The position numbers and the translations under genes are program-made. The notes below the pieces were generated by a model that was not told the DNA's origin, ran no database searches, and saw nothing but the letters and a program-made list of their open reading frames with translations. Shown in pieces: positions 1 to 9,823 of a stretch of DNA of 64,000 nt. This stretch comes from an uncultured Acidimicrobiales bacterium (GTDB lineage: Bacteria; Actinomycetota; Acidimicrobiia; Acidimicrobiales; SZUA-35), in assembly GCA_937925335.1 (NCBI GenBank), contig CALEWY010000038.1:14275-78274 (forward strand), read 5' to 3'. Position 1 is the stretch's first letter, and every line of letters begins with the position of its first letter.

Positions 1-95
1 TGGGTGGCGTCCATCTCGACGAGGGCGACCTCTCCGCCATTCTCGACGAACTCTTGTCTCCCTCGTCCGAGCACCCCGGCCCCGCGACGCAATAG
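1..95 (+). CDS. 3' end of an upstream gene (partial, unknown product)
   Basis: Open frame from base 3 (GGVHLDEGDLSAILDELLSP...) ending at TAG 93-95, with GC3-rich codons. Confidence 0.4.
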   Translation, partial: GGVHLDEGDLSAILDELLSPSSEHPGPATQ

Positions 96-105
96 GGTCT
101 GCCAG

Positions 106-1212
106 GTGAGCCGTTCATGGGTCGAGGTTGATCTCGGCGCGATCGCGCACAACGTTGCCGTTTTGGCCGGTGCGGCCGACGGTGCCGATGTGTGCGCCGT
201 GGTGAAAGCCGACGGCTACGGCCATGGAGCCATCTCGGTCGCTCAAGCAGCAATCGCAGCTGGGGCGACCACACTCGCCGTTGCTCAAGTCGATGAGGGC
301 GTCGAACTTCGTGAGGCGGGAATCGAGGCACCGATCTGGGTGCTGTCTGAGCCTGAACCCCATGAGTTCGTTGCCACAGCCGAACTCGGCCTCCAGCCTG
401 CGATCTATTCCGAGCACGGCATCGAGGCGGCGGCCGCCGTCGGGGTCACCGCTCCCTTGACGGTCCACCTCAAGGTCGACACCGGGATGCATCGAGTGGG
501 CGCCGCACCGGCCGACGTGGTCGCTCGCGCCCGATCGATCGTGTCTGCGGACGGGTTGACGCTGGGTTCGGTCTTCACCCACTGCGCTGTTGCAGACGAG
601 CCCACGAACCCGTTCACCGATCAGCAACTCGCTCGTTTTGACTCGGCACTCGGCGAACTCGCCGAAGCCGGCATCGAGGTGCCGTTCACACACGCTGCGA
701 ACTCAGCAGGAACGTTGGTCGTGCCTTCCGCGCGGCGTGACATCGTCCGGGTCGGGATCGCCATGTATGGACTCGCGCCGAGTCCGGATCTCGCCGAGGT
801 TGCGTGCGAGGCGGATCTGCGCCCCGCGCTGTCATGGCATTCACGAGTGAGCTTTGTGAAGCGGCTCGCCGCGGGCAACCGGGTGAGCTACGGCCAACGA
901 GCCGCTGTGGATCGCGAGACGACCGTGGCGACCATTCCACTCGGCTACGCCGATGGCTTTCGTCGAGGTTTGTGGCGTGACGGGTCCGTGTTGATCGGTG
1001 GCAAGCCTCGGCCGATTCTTGGTGTGGTGACGATGGACCAGTTCGTCGTCGACTGTGGCGATGATGATGTAGCCGCCGGTGATGATGTCGTCCTCATCGG
1101 CCACCAGGGGGGCTCGCTCATCAGTGCTGATGACCTCGCCGCCAAGCTCGACACGATCAACTACGAGATCGTGTGCGGCATCTCGAAACGTGTGGAACGG
1201 AGATACCGATGA
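106..1212 (+). CDS. alr: Alanine racemase
   Basis: AVVKADGYGHG PLP-lysine motif, HLKVDTGMHRVG, GYADG, TINYEIVC; GTG at 106 lies 7 nt after TAGGGT. Confidence 0.97.
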   Translation: MSRSWVEVDLGAIAHNVAVLAGAADGADVCAVVKADGYGHGAISVAQAAIAAGATTLAVAQVDEGVELREAGIEAPIWVLSEPEPHEFVATAELGLQPAIYSEHGIEAAAAVGVTAPLTVHLKVDTGMHRVGAAPADVVARARSIVSADGLTLGSVFTHCAVADEPTNPFTDQQLARFDSALGELAEAGIEVPFTHAANSAGTLVVPSARRDIVRVGIAMYGLAPSPDLAEVACEADLRPALSWHSRVSFVKRLAAGNRVSYGQRAAVDRETTVATIPLGYADGFRRGLWRDGSVLIGGKPRPILGVVTMDQFVVDCGDDDVAAGDDVVLIGHQGGSLISADDLAAKLDTINYEIVCGISKRVERRYR

Positions 1213-2183
1213 AGATCGCCACACTCGCTGCGGGCATCGCTCTTGGTTTTGGTGCCGAGCGACTCACGCTGCGCCGAATTCGCCGTACGACCGATGACAC
1301 GCCAACACCGGATGCCTATGAACTGACCGACGGATCGGTCGAGCTCCGTCATCATCGGATGGAAACCCACGACGGTGGTTCGCTTCACGCGATCGACGCT
1401 GGCTCGGGGCGGCCCATCGTGTTGCTCCACGGCGTCACGTTGCACGCAGGCATTTGGCACAACCAGATGGTGCTCGCCGATCGCGCAAGGATCATCGCCG
1501 TCGACCTTCGTGCTCATGGCCAGTCAACCGCCGGCTCAGACGGGCCAACGATCGAAGCGAACGCCCGTGATCTCGTGACCCTGCTTGAACGGCTCGACCT
1601 CACCGACGCCGTGATCGCCGGCCACTCCATGGGCGGCATGGTGCTCGGCCGATTCCTCGTCGACCATCTCGACGTCGCCACCGAACGCGTGTCGGCGGTC
1701 GGTTTCATCTCGAGCGCCGGTCGAAATCCGGCGAGGGTTCCGACGGGCATTTTGGGGCCGGCAGCGAAGCGGCTTCGAAAGATCGCAATGGCTCGACCAA
1801 AGCTGGCGGCTCGGATCGCTCAGGTTCCGCCGAGCGACCTCGGCGAGATCGCCGTTCGGGCAACCTTTGGCGCCACACCTCACCCTGACGCTGTTCGGGA
1901 AACCGCGCTGGCCTTTGAGGCGCTGCCGCCTGCCGACTTGCTCGGCATCGTTCCATCGATCTTCGATCACGACGTTCTGGACGGCCTCACAAAGGTCGAG
2001 CTACCGGCGCACGTGATCGTCGGTTCGCAAGATCCGCTGACCGAACCAGCCGAATCGACGCACCTCGCCGAGGCGCTGCCAAACGCAACTCTCACCGTTT
2101 GTGATGGTGCGGGTCATCAGCTGATGTTGGAGCGGCCGGATGCGGTCAACGACATGCTGATGGCGCTCCTTGACGAGAGATGA
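1209..2183 (+). CDS. Alpha/beta-fold hydrolase
   Basis: LLHG, DLRAHGQS, GHSMGG nucleophile elbow, AGHQL catalytic His; ATGA overlap with alr. Confidence 0.9.
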   Translation: MKIATLAAGIALGFGAERLTLRRIRRTTDDTPTPDAYELTDGSVELRHHRMETHDGGSLHAIDAGSGRPIVLLHGVTLHAGIWHNQMVLADRARIIAVDLRAHGQSTAGSDGPTIEANARDLVTLLERLDLTDAVIAGHSMGGMVLGRFLVDHLDVATERVSAVGFISSAGRNPARVPTGILGPAAKRLRKIAMARPKLAARIAQVPPSDLGEIAVRATFGATPHPDAVRETALAFEALPPADLLGIVPSIFDHDVLDGLTKVELPAHVIVGSQDPLTEPAESTHLAEALPNATLTVCDGAGHQLMLERPDAVNDMLMALLDER

Positions 2184-2222
2184 TCGCTGGATGAGCGCGG
2201 TGCCTCCGATCGCTCGGCTGCG

Positions 2223-3364
2223 GTGAAGGTCGTACTGGTCGAGCCATGGCTTGGCGGTTCGCACGGGCAGTGGGCGCACGGCTTTGCCGAGGCCAGTTGC
2301 CACGACGTGTCGATCGTTTCGTTGCCGCCGGGGCCCTGGCGGTGGCGGTTGCGAGCCGGTGCCCTCCCGCTTGGAAGGCTCTCGATGCCCATGTGGCTCA
2401 GCACGATGCACCCGATCTTCTGGTGGTGAGTGGGCTCGTCGATGTCTCGCAGCTCTTGGGGTTCGCTCGACGTTCCATTCCCGGCGCCACGCCGATCGTC
2501 GTCTACCAGCACGAGTCGCAGCTGGTGTATCCGACCGCTTCGGGCGCAGTCGACCCGGAGGCAAGCCTTCGAAACTGGCAGTCGTGGTGCGCCGCCGACG
2601 CCGTCCTCTTCAACTCGCAGTTCCATCGCAATGCGGTTGCTGCCGAGTTGCCAGCATTCCTCGAACACCAACCCGACGACGACCAGCGACCGTTTCTCGA
2701 CGAGGTGATGTCACGATTCGAGGTCATGCCTGTCGGTCTCGATCTCGATTGGCTCGAAGCGGCCCAGAGCGGCTCGGCAACGGAAGGTGTGTCGGGTCGA
2801 GAACCGCAGCACGCCGACGGCCCCGTCGTGCTTTGGCCCCATCGATGGGAACCTGACAAAGATCCCGATGCCTTCTTGAGTGCACTCCGCAAGCTGCGGG
2901 GAGGAGGGAGCCGGGCCCGACTGATCTTGGCGGGAGGCGACCCGTTGGTGCCTTCGGCGACGAAGGAACAGATCCTCGAAGAGTTCGCTGATTGGGTCGA
3001 CGCGGTTGGTCCGTTCGACACCGAGGGGTATCGGTCTCATCTCTTGCGGTCGGACATCGTCGTGAGCTGCGCCCGCCACGACTTCTTCGGTGTTGGAATC
3101 GCTGAAGCCGTAGCTGCCGGCGCGCGGCCCCTACTGGTCGACGACTTGGCCTACCCCGAGCTGATCGACGAGCGCTGGCATGGCGACGTCTTGTATCCGC
3201 GGGGTCGGTTTGGCTCGGCGTTCGCTGACGCAGTCCGACGGGTGAGCGAGGGACTCGACGTCGACCGAGCGTTGGCCGCGTCGGTTCGCGAGCGATTTGG
3301 GTGGTCGACGATTGCGCCGCAGCTTGATGAGCGTCTTGAGGACTTGGTTGTGTCCGGCTCCTGA
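2223..3364 (+). pseudogene. DUF3524/GTDC1-like GT-B glycosyltransferase, split by a 1-nt frameshift near 2372-2374
   Basis: N-terminus (EPWLGGSHGQW...WRWRLR) is in the frame of 2223; the remainder (YQHESQLVYP, FNSQFH, WPHRWEPDK, HDFFGV) is in the frame of 2246. Confidence 0.8.
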
Positions 3365-3390
3365 GCGTGGCGCTCTGTCAGACTCGTCGA

Positions 3391-4068
3391 ATGGGAGAAA
3401 CGTTCGCCGGTGACAAGAAGAAGGGCCAGTCGCTACTCGGCCCGTTCGAGCGACGATTCATCGATTGGGGAATCCCCAAGGTTCCGAAGCCCATCATGAG
3501 TCATCACCTGACCTACGTGACGATCTTCTGGTCGGCGGCGACCATCGCTGCTGGCTACCTGGCACAGGACAATCGGGCGTGGCTGCACGCCATGTCCTTT
3601 TTCGTCTTCGGGCAGTGGCTGACCGACTCGTTCGACGGGTCGCTCGGCAAGTACCGCAAGCAGGGCCTCGTGAAGTGGGGCTTCTTCATGGACCACATCC
3701 TCGACTTCTTCTTCGCCGGGTCGATCGTGATCGCCTATTCGTTCCTCGTCGAGGTGTGGTGGTTGCAGTTCCTATTTCTGATCCTGCTGCTTGTCACGTG
3801 CGCGACGATGGCCGTGTCGTTCCTGTCCTTTGCCGCAACGAACCAGTTCCAGATCGCGTACTACGGCATCGGGCCGACCGAAATCCGCATCGCCTATATC
3901 GCGCTCAACACCTTCGTGTTTTTCGTTGGCACGGAGATCTTCAGCTGGGGTGTCCCGGTGATCGTTGCGCTCAACGTGGTCACGCTTCTCGTGATGACCG
4001 TCCAGACCAGCAAGATGCTCTGGCAATTGGACTACGAAGCCAACGTCGACAACCAGCCACGCCCGTAG
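3391..4068 (+). CDS. CDP-alcohol phosphatidyltransferase family membrane protein
   Basis: DSFDGSLGKYR...WGFFMDHILD matches the DxxDGxxAR...GxxxDxxxD motif; hydrophobic helices. Confidence 0.88.
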   Translation: MGETFAGDKKKGQSLLGPFERRFIDWGIPKVPKPIMSHHLTYVTIFWSAATIAAGYLAQDNRAWLHAMSFFVFGQWLTDSFDGSLGKYRKQGLVKWGFFMDHILDFFFAGSIVIAYSFLVEVWWLQFLFLILLLVTCATMAVSFLSFAATNQFQIAYYGIGPTEIRIAYIALNTFVFFVGTEIFSWGVPVIVALNVVTLLVMTVQTSKMLWQLDYEANVDNQPRP

Positions 4069-4127
4069 TCGCCTACCTGCGTAAATCGAGGTCTGACCCC
4101 ACGGGTTACGCAGGTTGGCTGTCGGTC

Positions 4128-5201
4128 TTAGCGGGCGGCTTCGGCCTCGCTCAGCAGGCTGGCCATGATGTCGGCGACGGGGCGGACCTCGGTGGCGTAG
4201 CCGATGCCTTGGCCGGCGCCGGAGTGCAGCAGCGGCTCAACCTCGTGTTCGTCGATGGCGCCAAGCAGATCGCCAACAAGCACATCTTGGTACGGCATCT
4301 TGAGTGGGGTTGGTGCGTCAGGCGCTTCCCACTCGTCGCTCCAGGCTGAACGAATTTGGCGGAACGTCTTGCCCGATTCGCTTCGGGTGATCACCGTGTC
4401 GGCCGATGTTGCCGACAACAGCTTGTCGACGAGTGCGTCTGGCATGTGAGCGGTGTGTTCGGTGCTCGTGAGCCAGATCGTGCCTGCCCATACACCTTGG
4501 GCGCCGAGTGCGAGTGACGCCGCCACATGGCGCCCGGTCGACACGCCGCCCGCGGCGAGGACTGGGATGTCGCCGCACGCATCGACGATCTGGGGGACGA
4601 GGCTAAACGTGCCGATCGTGCCCGTGTGAGCGCCGGCCTCGGCACCTTGCGCAACGATGAGGTCGACGCCCGATGCGAGCGCTCGACGAACATGGCGGGG
4701 GCTGCCGATGAGTGCCGCGGTTGTCTTGCCGAGTTCTTTGGCCCGATCGACCGCAGGCCGCGGCGCACCGATGCCGCACGCGAAGAGATCGACGTCGGAG
4801 GCCATCACCGCTTCGAGTTGTTGCTCTTCGATCTCGGCCGACCGGATGAAGCGCGTGCGCATTCCTGGCCCGCTCGGCTCGTCGACCGCGTATTTCTCGG
4901 CGATGCCGGCAACGAACGCTCGATGCTCATCGGGAATGTGCGCTTCGATCGCATCGCGCGAGTTGTGCTCGGGCATGCCGTCAGGGAGGACCAGGTCAAC
5001 ACCGAACGGCTTGGACCCGACGAGGCGGCGGATCTCGGCGAGCTCGTCGGCGATCTCGTGCGGAAAGCGGCGGGTCGCGCCGTAAACACCGAGGCCTCCT
5101 GCGTTGGTGATCGCAGCAACGGTTGCGATGTCGTGAGCGAAGCCAAAGATGGGATGTTCAATCCCGAACTGGCGGCAGAGGTCGTTGGTGAGAGCACCCA
5201 T
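4128..5201 (-). CDS. Nitronate monooxygenase family FMN oxidoreductase
   Basis: PFGVDL, VAQGAEAGAHTG, VLAAGGV, LGAQGVWAGT. Confidence 0.9.
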   Translation of the reverse strand: MGALTNDLCRQFGIEHPIFGFAHDIATVAAITNAGGLGVYGATRRFPHEIADELAEIRRLVGSKPFGVDLVLPDGMPEHNSRDAIEAHIPDEHRAFVAGIAEKYAVDEPSGPGMRTRFIRSAEIEEQQLEAVMASDVDLFACGIGAPRPAVDRAKELGKTTAALIGSPRHVRRALASGVDLIVAQGAEAGAHTGTIGTFSLVPQIVDACGDIPVLAAGGVSTGRHVAASLALGAQGVWAGTIWLTSTEHTAHMPDALVDKLLSATSADTVITRSESGKTFRQIRSAWSDEWEAPDAPTPLKMPYQDVLVGDLLGAIDEHEVEPLLHSGAGQGIGYATEVRPVADIMASLLSEAEAAR

Positions 5202-5246
5202 AGATCGCCGTTTGTAGCAGGCGGTCGCCAGCGTGTCCGCTTCGGG

Positions 5247-6785
5247 TCAGCTGGCTTGTTTCTGGCTGCCCTGGTTGCTGCTCTTGCGGCCCCTTGCTGC
5301 GAACTGCATCACGCCGTCGGCGATCGGTTCATCGCCGATGAGTTTGCGGTCGGCCGACAACCGCTGGGTGTTGAGCCACGGTGCACGGTCGCCCTGCCTT
5401 GGCATCGCCTCCATCGTCCGCTGCATGTAGCTCGCGGAGAAGTCGTCGATCCACGGTCGCTCGATCATGTCAGCGTCGGACTCTCGAAGCTGGGGTGTTG
5501 CTTCGTCCGCTCCGATCTCGGTCATGTAGTTCAACAAGCGGGAGACGTAGTCGCTGATGAGATCGGCTCGCAGCGTCCACGACGCGTTGATGTAGCCGAA
5601 CGTCGCGACCAGGTTGGGAACACCCGAATAGGCGAGGCCCTTGTAGGTGAAGGTGTCGGCGAAGTCGACCGGCTCACCCTCGATCGAGAACGCGACTTCG
5701 CCGAGTGTGACGAGCTCGAGGCCGGTGGCGGTGACGATGATGTCGGCATCGAGGTGATCACCGGAGGCGAGCGTGATCCCGGTTTCATCAAAGGACTCGA
5801 TGGAGTCGGTGACGACCGAGGCCGATCCGTCTTTCAGCGCCTCGAAGAGATCGCCGTTGGGCACGAGGCACAAGCGTTGATCCCACGGGTTGTAGGCCGG
5901 GTTGAAGTGCGTGTCGACATCGACGGTCGAGCCGAGTGCATCTCGAGCGCCATCCAGGATCATCTTCTTGATCTTGGCCGGCTTCTTGCGAGTCTGGTTG
6001 TAGAAGAACTCGCCCTGCCACGCGTTCTTCGCCCGGGTCATTCGGTAAGCGAGCTTGTCTGGCAACACCTTCGCCATGGCATTGGCGAGCTTGTCGGTGT
6101 CTGGTCGCGCCACGACGTAGGTCGGTGACCGCTGCAACATCGTGACGTGCTCGGCGTCGTCGGCCATCGCTGGAACGAGCGTGACTGCCGTGGCGCCCGA
6201 TCCGATCACCACGACCAACTTGTCGGCGTAGTCAAGATCCTCCGGCCACTCCTGAGGATGAATGACCGGCCCGGAGAATCGCTCTTCGCCAGCGAACGAC
6301 GGCCGGTGTCCGCCTCGGTAGCTGTAGTAACCGGCACACATCAGCAAGAAGTTGCACGTCCGGGCGGTCGTTTGGCCAGTCTCGGTATTGGTGATGGTCA
6401 GGGTCCAACGTGCCTCGTCGCCTGACCAGTCAGCCGTCTCGACCAACGAGTCGAACACGATGTGCTGATCGATGCCGTTCTCCTCCGCGGTCTCTTGCAC
6501 GTAGGCAAGAATCGATGGGCCGTCGGCGATCGACTTGGGATCGGTCCAGGGTTTGAACGAATAGCCGAGCGTGTGCATGTCGCTGTCGGATCGGATTCCG
6601 GGATAACGGAAGAGATCCCAGGTGCCGCCGAGTGCCGAGCGGCGGTCGACGATGGCGTAGCTGCGATCAGGGCAATCACGCTGCAGGTGATACGCCGCGC
6701 CGATTCCCGAGAGGCCAGCGCCAACGATGAGAACGTCGGTGTGAACGGGATCAGCTTGAAGAGAAATGGTCATTGGATCGTCCAT
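5247..6785 (-). CDS. Baeyer-Villiger type flavin monooxygenase (EthA-like)
   Basis: GAGLSG, GGTWDLFRYPGIRSDSD, FSGPVIHPQEWP fingerprint, GSGATA; start at 6785 or 6773. Confidence 0.92.
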   Translation of the reverse strand: MDDPMTISLQADPVHTDVLIVGAGLSGIGAAYHLQRDCPDRSYAIVDRRSALGGTWDLFRYPGIRSDSDMHTLGYSFKPWTDPKSIADGPSILAYVQETAEENGIDQHIVFDSLVETADWSGDEARWTLTITNTETGQTTARTCNFLLMCAGYYSYRGGHRPSFAGEERFSGPVIHPQEWPEDLDYADKLVVVIGSGATAVTLVPAMADDAEHVTMLQRSPTYVVARPDTDKLANAMAKVLPDKLAYRMTRAKNAWQGEFFYNQTRKKPAKIKKMILDGARDALGSTVDVDTHFNPAYNPWDQRLCLVPNGDLFEALKDGSASVVTDSIESFDETGITLASGDHLDADIIVTATGLELVTLGEVAFSIEGEPVDFADTFTYKGLAYSGVPNLVATFGYINASWTLRADLISDYVSRLLNYMTEIGADEATPQLRESDADMIERPWIDDFSASYMQRTMEAMPRQGDRAPWLNTQRLSADRKLIGDEPIADGVMQFAARGRKSSNQGSQKQAS

Positions 6786-6802
6786 CGGTTGTTTGTTCTC
6801 GA

Positions 6803-7933
6803 TCAGGTGAAGGCCAGGGCGGCGAGGTTCGGGCCTCGATCGTCCAGCGCCTGCTCCGGCGCCATCTTGTTCATCACGTAGGAGAAGCTCACCTGGTGCT
6901 GCACGTCGACGATGCTCAGCGATCCGCCCCAACCGCCCCAGTAGCAGTACTCGCTCTCCGGAAGGAACGGCAGGGTTTCGGGCGCCCACAAGCCGTACCC
7001 CACGCCGAACCTGATCGGATGCCCGACCACGAGGTCCATCCCATGTGATTGCTGTTCGAAGATGAGGTCGATCGTGTCGGGGGAGAGCAGCCGGACATCG
7101 CCGACTCGGCCGCCGTTGGCCACGATCGCCTGAATCAGCGCGACGGATCGGGCGTTGCCGTGGCCGTTGGCTGCGCCGATGTCGGCCATCCGCCATTCGT
7201 CGGTCCATGCGGCTTCGGCGATGGGCTCCGGCCCGGTGAAGGTCTTGTAGGCGGGGGAGTCCGGATCGACGTTGTCGAGATCTTGTGGTGGGCCGCCGGG
7301 TGACACAACGTTCGAGACCCGGTGGAACTCGGCTGGATCGAGGCCGATGTGAAAATCAGCGCCGAGCGGTTTTGCGATCTCCTCAGCGAAGAACGCGCCG
7401 AGCTTGCGCCCGTCGATGCGGCGAATGACTTCGCCGACGAGGTGCCCCTGCACGAGCGCGTGGTAGCCCGACGCGGTGCCCGGCTTCCACCACGGAGCCT
7501 GTGCGGCGAGCTTGGTGGTGCACGCCTCCCAGTCGTAGAGGTCCTCGATCGAGCACGGCGCATCGAGTCCGCTCACGCCCGAAGCGTGGCTCAAGAGATG
7601 CCGAACCTCGACCGACTCCTTGCCGTTCTGTGCGAACTCCGGCCAGTAGTCGGCGACCGGGGCCCAGAGATCGAGCTCGCCACGATCGACCAGCACGAGC
7701 GCTGACAGGAACGTCATCGTCTTCGTGGTCGACCACACGTTGGTGATGGTGTCGCGGCCCCAATGAACGGTTTTGTCCTCATCCGCCCATCCGCCCCAGA
7801 TGTCGACGGCCATCTCGCCTTCGATCGTGAGCGCAACCGATGCACCGAGGTCAGTCCCCGCATCGATCGACGCCGAGAGCATCTCGCCGAGCTCAGCGAA
7901 TTCAGAAGGAAGTTGTCCGTGGATCTGAGCCAT
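6803..7933 (-). CDS. Serine hydrolase, beta-lactamase class C/EstB esterase family
   Basis: WSTTK SxxK motif, LLSHASG, PGTASGYH, WGGWGGS. Confidence 0.9.
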   Translation of the reverse strand: MAQIHGQLPSEFAELGEMLSASIDAGTDLGASVALTIEGEMAVDIWGGWADEDKTVHWGRDTITNVWSTTKTMTFLSALVLVDRGELDLWAPVADYWPEFAQNGKESVEVRHLLSHASGVSGLDAPCSIEDLYDWEACTTKLAAQAPWWKPGTASGYHALVQGHLVGEVIRRIDGRKLGAFFAEEIAKPLGADFHIGLDPAEFHRVSNVVSPGGPPQDLDNVDPDSPAYKTFTGPEPIAEAAWTDEWRMADIGAANGHGNARSVALIQAIVANGGRVGDVRLLSPDTIDLIFEQQSHGMDLVVGHPIRFGVGYGLWAPETLPFLPESEYCYWGGWGGSLSIVDVQHQVSFSYVMNKMAPEQALDDRGPNLAALAFT

Positions 7934-8126
7934 GCAGCGAACCCTACTGATGGATCGGCCGTGGGACCCTGGTCGGATGGCGCGGCTGCAGCCGAGTGGC
8001 GACGAGCGTTGGGGTTGGTGTCGTCGCAGGCTCGGCCGGGAACCAACCCTCTGCGTCGTATCGCTCCAGGACGAGGTCGGCGCGCCAGGACTAGGTTGGA
8101 AGGCCTGCGATCGAGGGGAGTGTCGG

Positions 8127-8981
8127 ATGGCCACGGCAAGCACTGGCAAGAACGTGTTGAGCTCAGAACAGGTCGAGCGCTACCGCAATGACGGTTACCT
8201 CGCTCCGTTGCCGGCGCTGACCAGCGTCCAAGCTGCGGACGCTCGCGCCAAGCTTGAGGCGCACGAGAAATCCCTCGGGCACCCGCTCGGGCCGGGTCAA
8301 CGAACGAAGTCGCACTACCTGTTCACATGGGTTGACGAGATCATGCGCAACGATGCGATCCTCGACGTTGTCGAAGATCTGATCGGGCCAAACATCTTGT
8401 GCTGGGGCACCATCTTCTGGATCAAGGAAGCGCGGTCGCCGAGTTATGTCGGATGGCATCAAGACCTGCAGTACTGGGGTCTCAAGACCGAGGATCTCGT
8501 CAACGTGTGGGTTGCTCTCGCCCCTGCCTCGGAGGAGGCGGGCTGTATGAGCGTGCTTCCCGGGACCCAACACGAACAGCTCGAGCATGTTGAGACCTAC
8601 CACGAGGACAACATGCTCACCCGCGGCCAGGAACTCACGCTCGATGTGAATGGTCGAACCCCGGTGGCGATGCCGTTGGAGCCAGGCGAGATCTCGGTAC
8701 ACAACGGGCGCCTCGCACACGGGTCCGGCCCGAATACCACTGACGATCGCCGGATTGGTTTGTCGCTCCAGTACATGCCGACGAGTGCAAAGCAGACGCT
8801 GGTTGATTGGGATACCGCCTCGCTCGTGCGCGGCGTGGATGAGTACGGCCACTTCGACCACGGCCCACGGCCAGAGTTTGATCTGGACCCGGTTGGCGTC
8901 GAGTTCCAGAAACGGGCAAACGCCGCCCTTCGCGACCTGATCTACGCAGGTGCCGAACAACAGGTCGACCCCACCCTGTAG
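8127..8981 (+). CDS. Phytanoyl-CoA dioxygenase (PhyH) family Fe/2OG dioxygenase
   Basis: WHQD HxD motif, VWVAL, HGSGPN...RR; GGGGAG RBS upstream. Confidence 0.9.
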   Translation: MATASTGKNVLSSEQVERYRNDGYLAPLPALTSVQAADARAKLEAHEKSLGHPLGPGQRTKSHYLFTWVDEIMRNDAILDVVEDLIGPNILCWGTIFWIKEARSPSYVGWHQDLQYWGLKTEDLVNVWVALAPASEEAGCMSVLPGTQHEQLEHVETYHEDNMLTRGQELTLDVNGRTPVAMPLEPGEISVHNGRLAHGSGPNTTDDRRIGLSLQYMPTSAKQTLVDWDTASLVRGVDEYGHFDHGPRPEFDLDPVGVEFQKRANAALRDLIYAGAEQQVDPTL

Positions 8982-9050
8982 CAACCCAAACGCAGCGCGA
9001 CGCCTCCCTCCTCGAGTGCGTCACTACCGCCAATCTGTGCCACTCGCTAC

Positions 9051-9225
9051 CGACTGCGGTCTCTGAGACCGCAGTCGCTTCCTCCATGACCAAGCAGCGA
9101 GCGGGAACGCCGCTTTGCCCACTGATTTGGGTGCGCGCCCGCCACCGCGGGCCATTTGACCGGCTGCGGTCTCTGAGACCACAGCCGGTTCGGAACCCAC
9201 TGTGGTCTCAGAGACAACAGTGGGT
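9051..9225. repeat. Three related REP-like palindromes centred on GGTCTC-W-GAGAC
   Basis: 9051-9077 has perfect 13-bp arms; 9159-9189 and 9195-9225 have 15-bp arms with one mismatch each. Confidence 0.85.
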
Positions 9226-9331
9226 CAGAAGCAGTGGGTCAGGAAAGCAGTGCGTGCGGCTGTGGGGTGGCAGCGGTTCGTGGTGCGGTGGGCGTCCTGG
9301 TGGGAAATCGGGCCAATAGCCTTTGAGGGTT

Positions 9332-9823
9332 GTGGATTCGCTTCGTTGTTTTGCGACCGACACGCCGTCGGCAACCAAAGAGCTTGGTCAGACATTGGCG
9401 GAGCTGTTGACCGATGGCGATCTGCTGGTGCTCACGGGCGATCTCGGGGCGGGGAAAACCTGCCTCACGCAGGGCATCGGGGTTGGCCTTGGAATCGAGG
9501 ATCGAATCACGAGCCCGACGTTCACGATCGCAAGCCAGTACGACGGTCGACTTCGGCTCAACCATCTCGACGTCTATCGCGTCGGCCAGATCTCCGAGAC
9601 GCTCGATCTCGATTTGCCCGAACTCTTGGAAACCGGTGTGACCGTGATCGAGTGGGGCGAACAGATCGACCCGGCCCTACCGGAGGATCGACTCGTGGTT
9701 CGTCTTGGATACGGCGACGGTGACGACGATCGGAGCATTCGCTTCGAAGCACAGGGTGAACGTTGGACGGCGCGCCTCGACACGTTGGCCTCGGCGCTCG
9801 GCACTTGGGAGGTCCAATGCTGA
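9332..9823 (+). CDS. tsaE: tRNA threonylcarbamoyladenosine biosynthesis ATPase TsaE
   Basis: GDLGAGKT, ITSPTF, HLDVYR, IEWG; start at 9332 (GTG) or 9323 (TTG). Confidence 0.95.
   Translation: MDSLRCFATDTPSATKELGQTLAELLTDGDLLVLTGDLGAGKTCLTQGIGVGLGIEDRITSPTFTIASQYDGRLRLNHLDVYRVGQISETLDLDLPELLETGVTVIEWGEQIDPALPEDRLVVRLGYGDGDDDRSIRFEAQGERWTARLDTLASALGTWEVQC

Noticed and set aside
2360-2390. Programmed ribosomal frameshift
   Set aside because: No slippery heptamer or obvious stimulatory structure
6786-7208. N-terminal extensions in the ORF track (BVMO to 7208, pcrA from 56041, alr from 4, MFS to 39131)
   Set aside because: They overlap neighbouring genes or are non-conserved-looking; better starts with an RBS or -10 lie downstream
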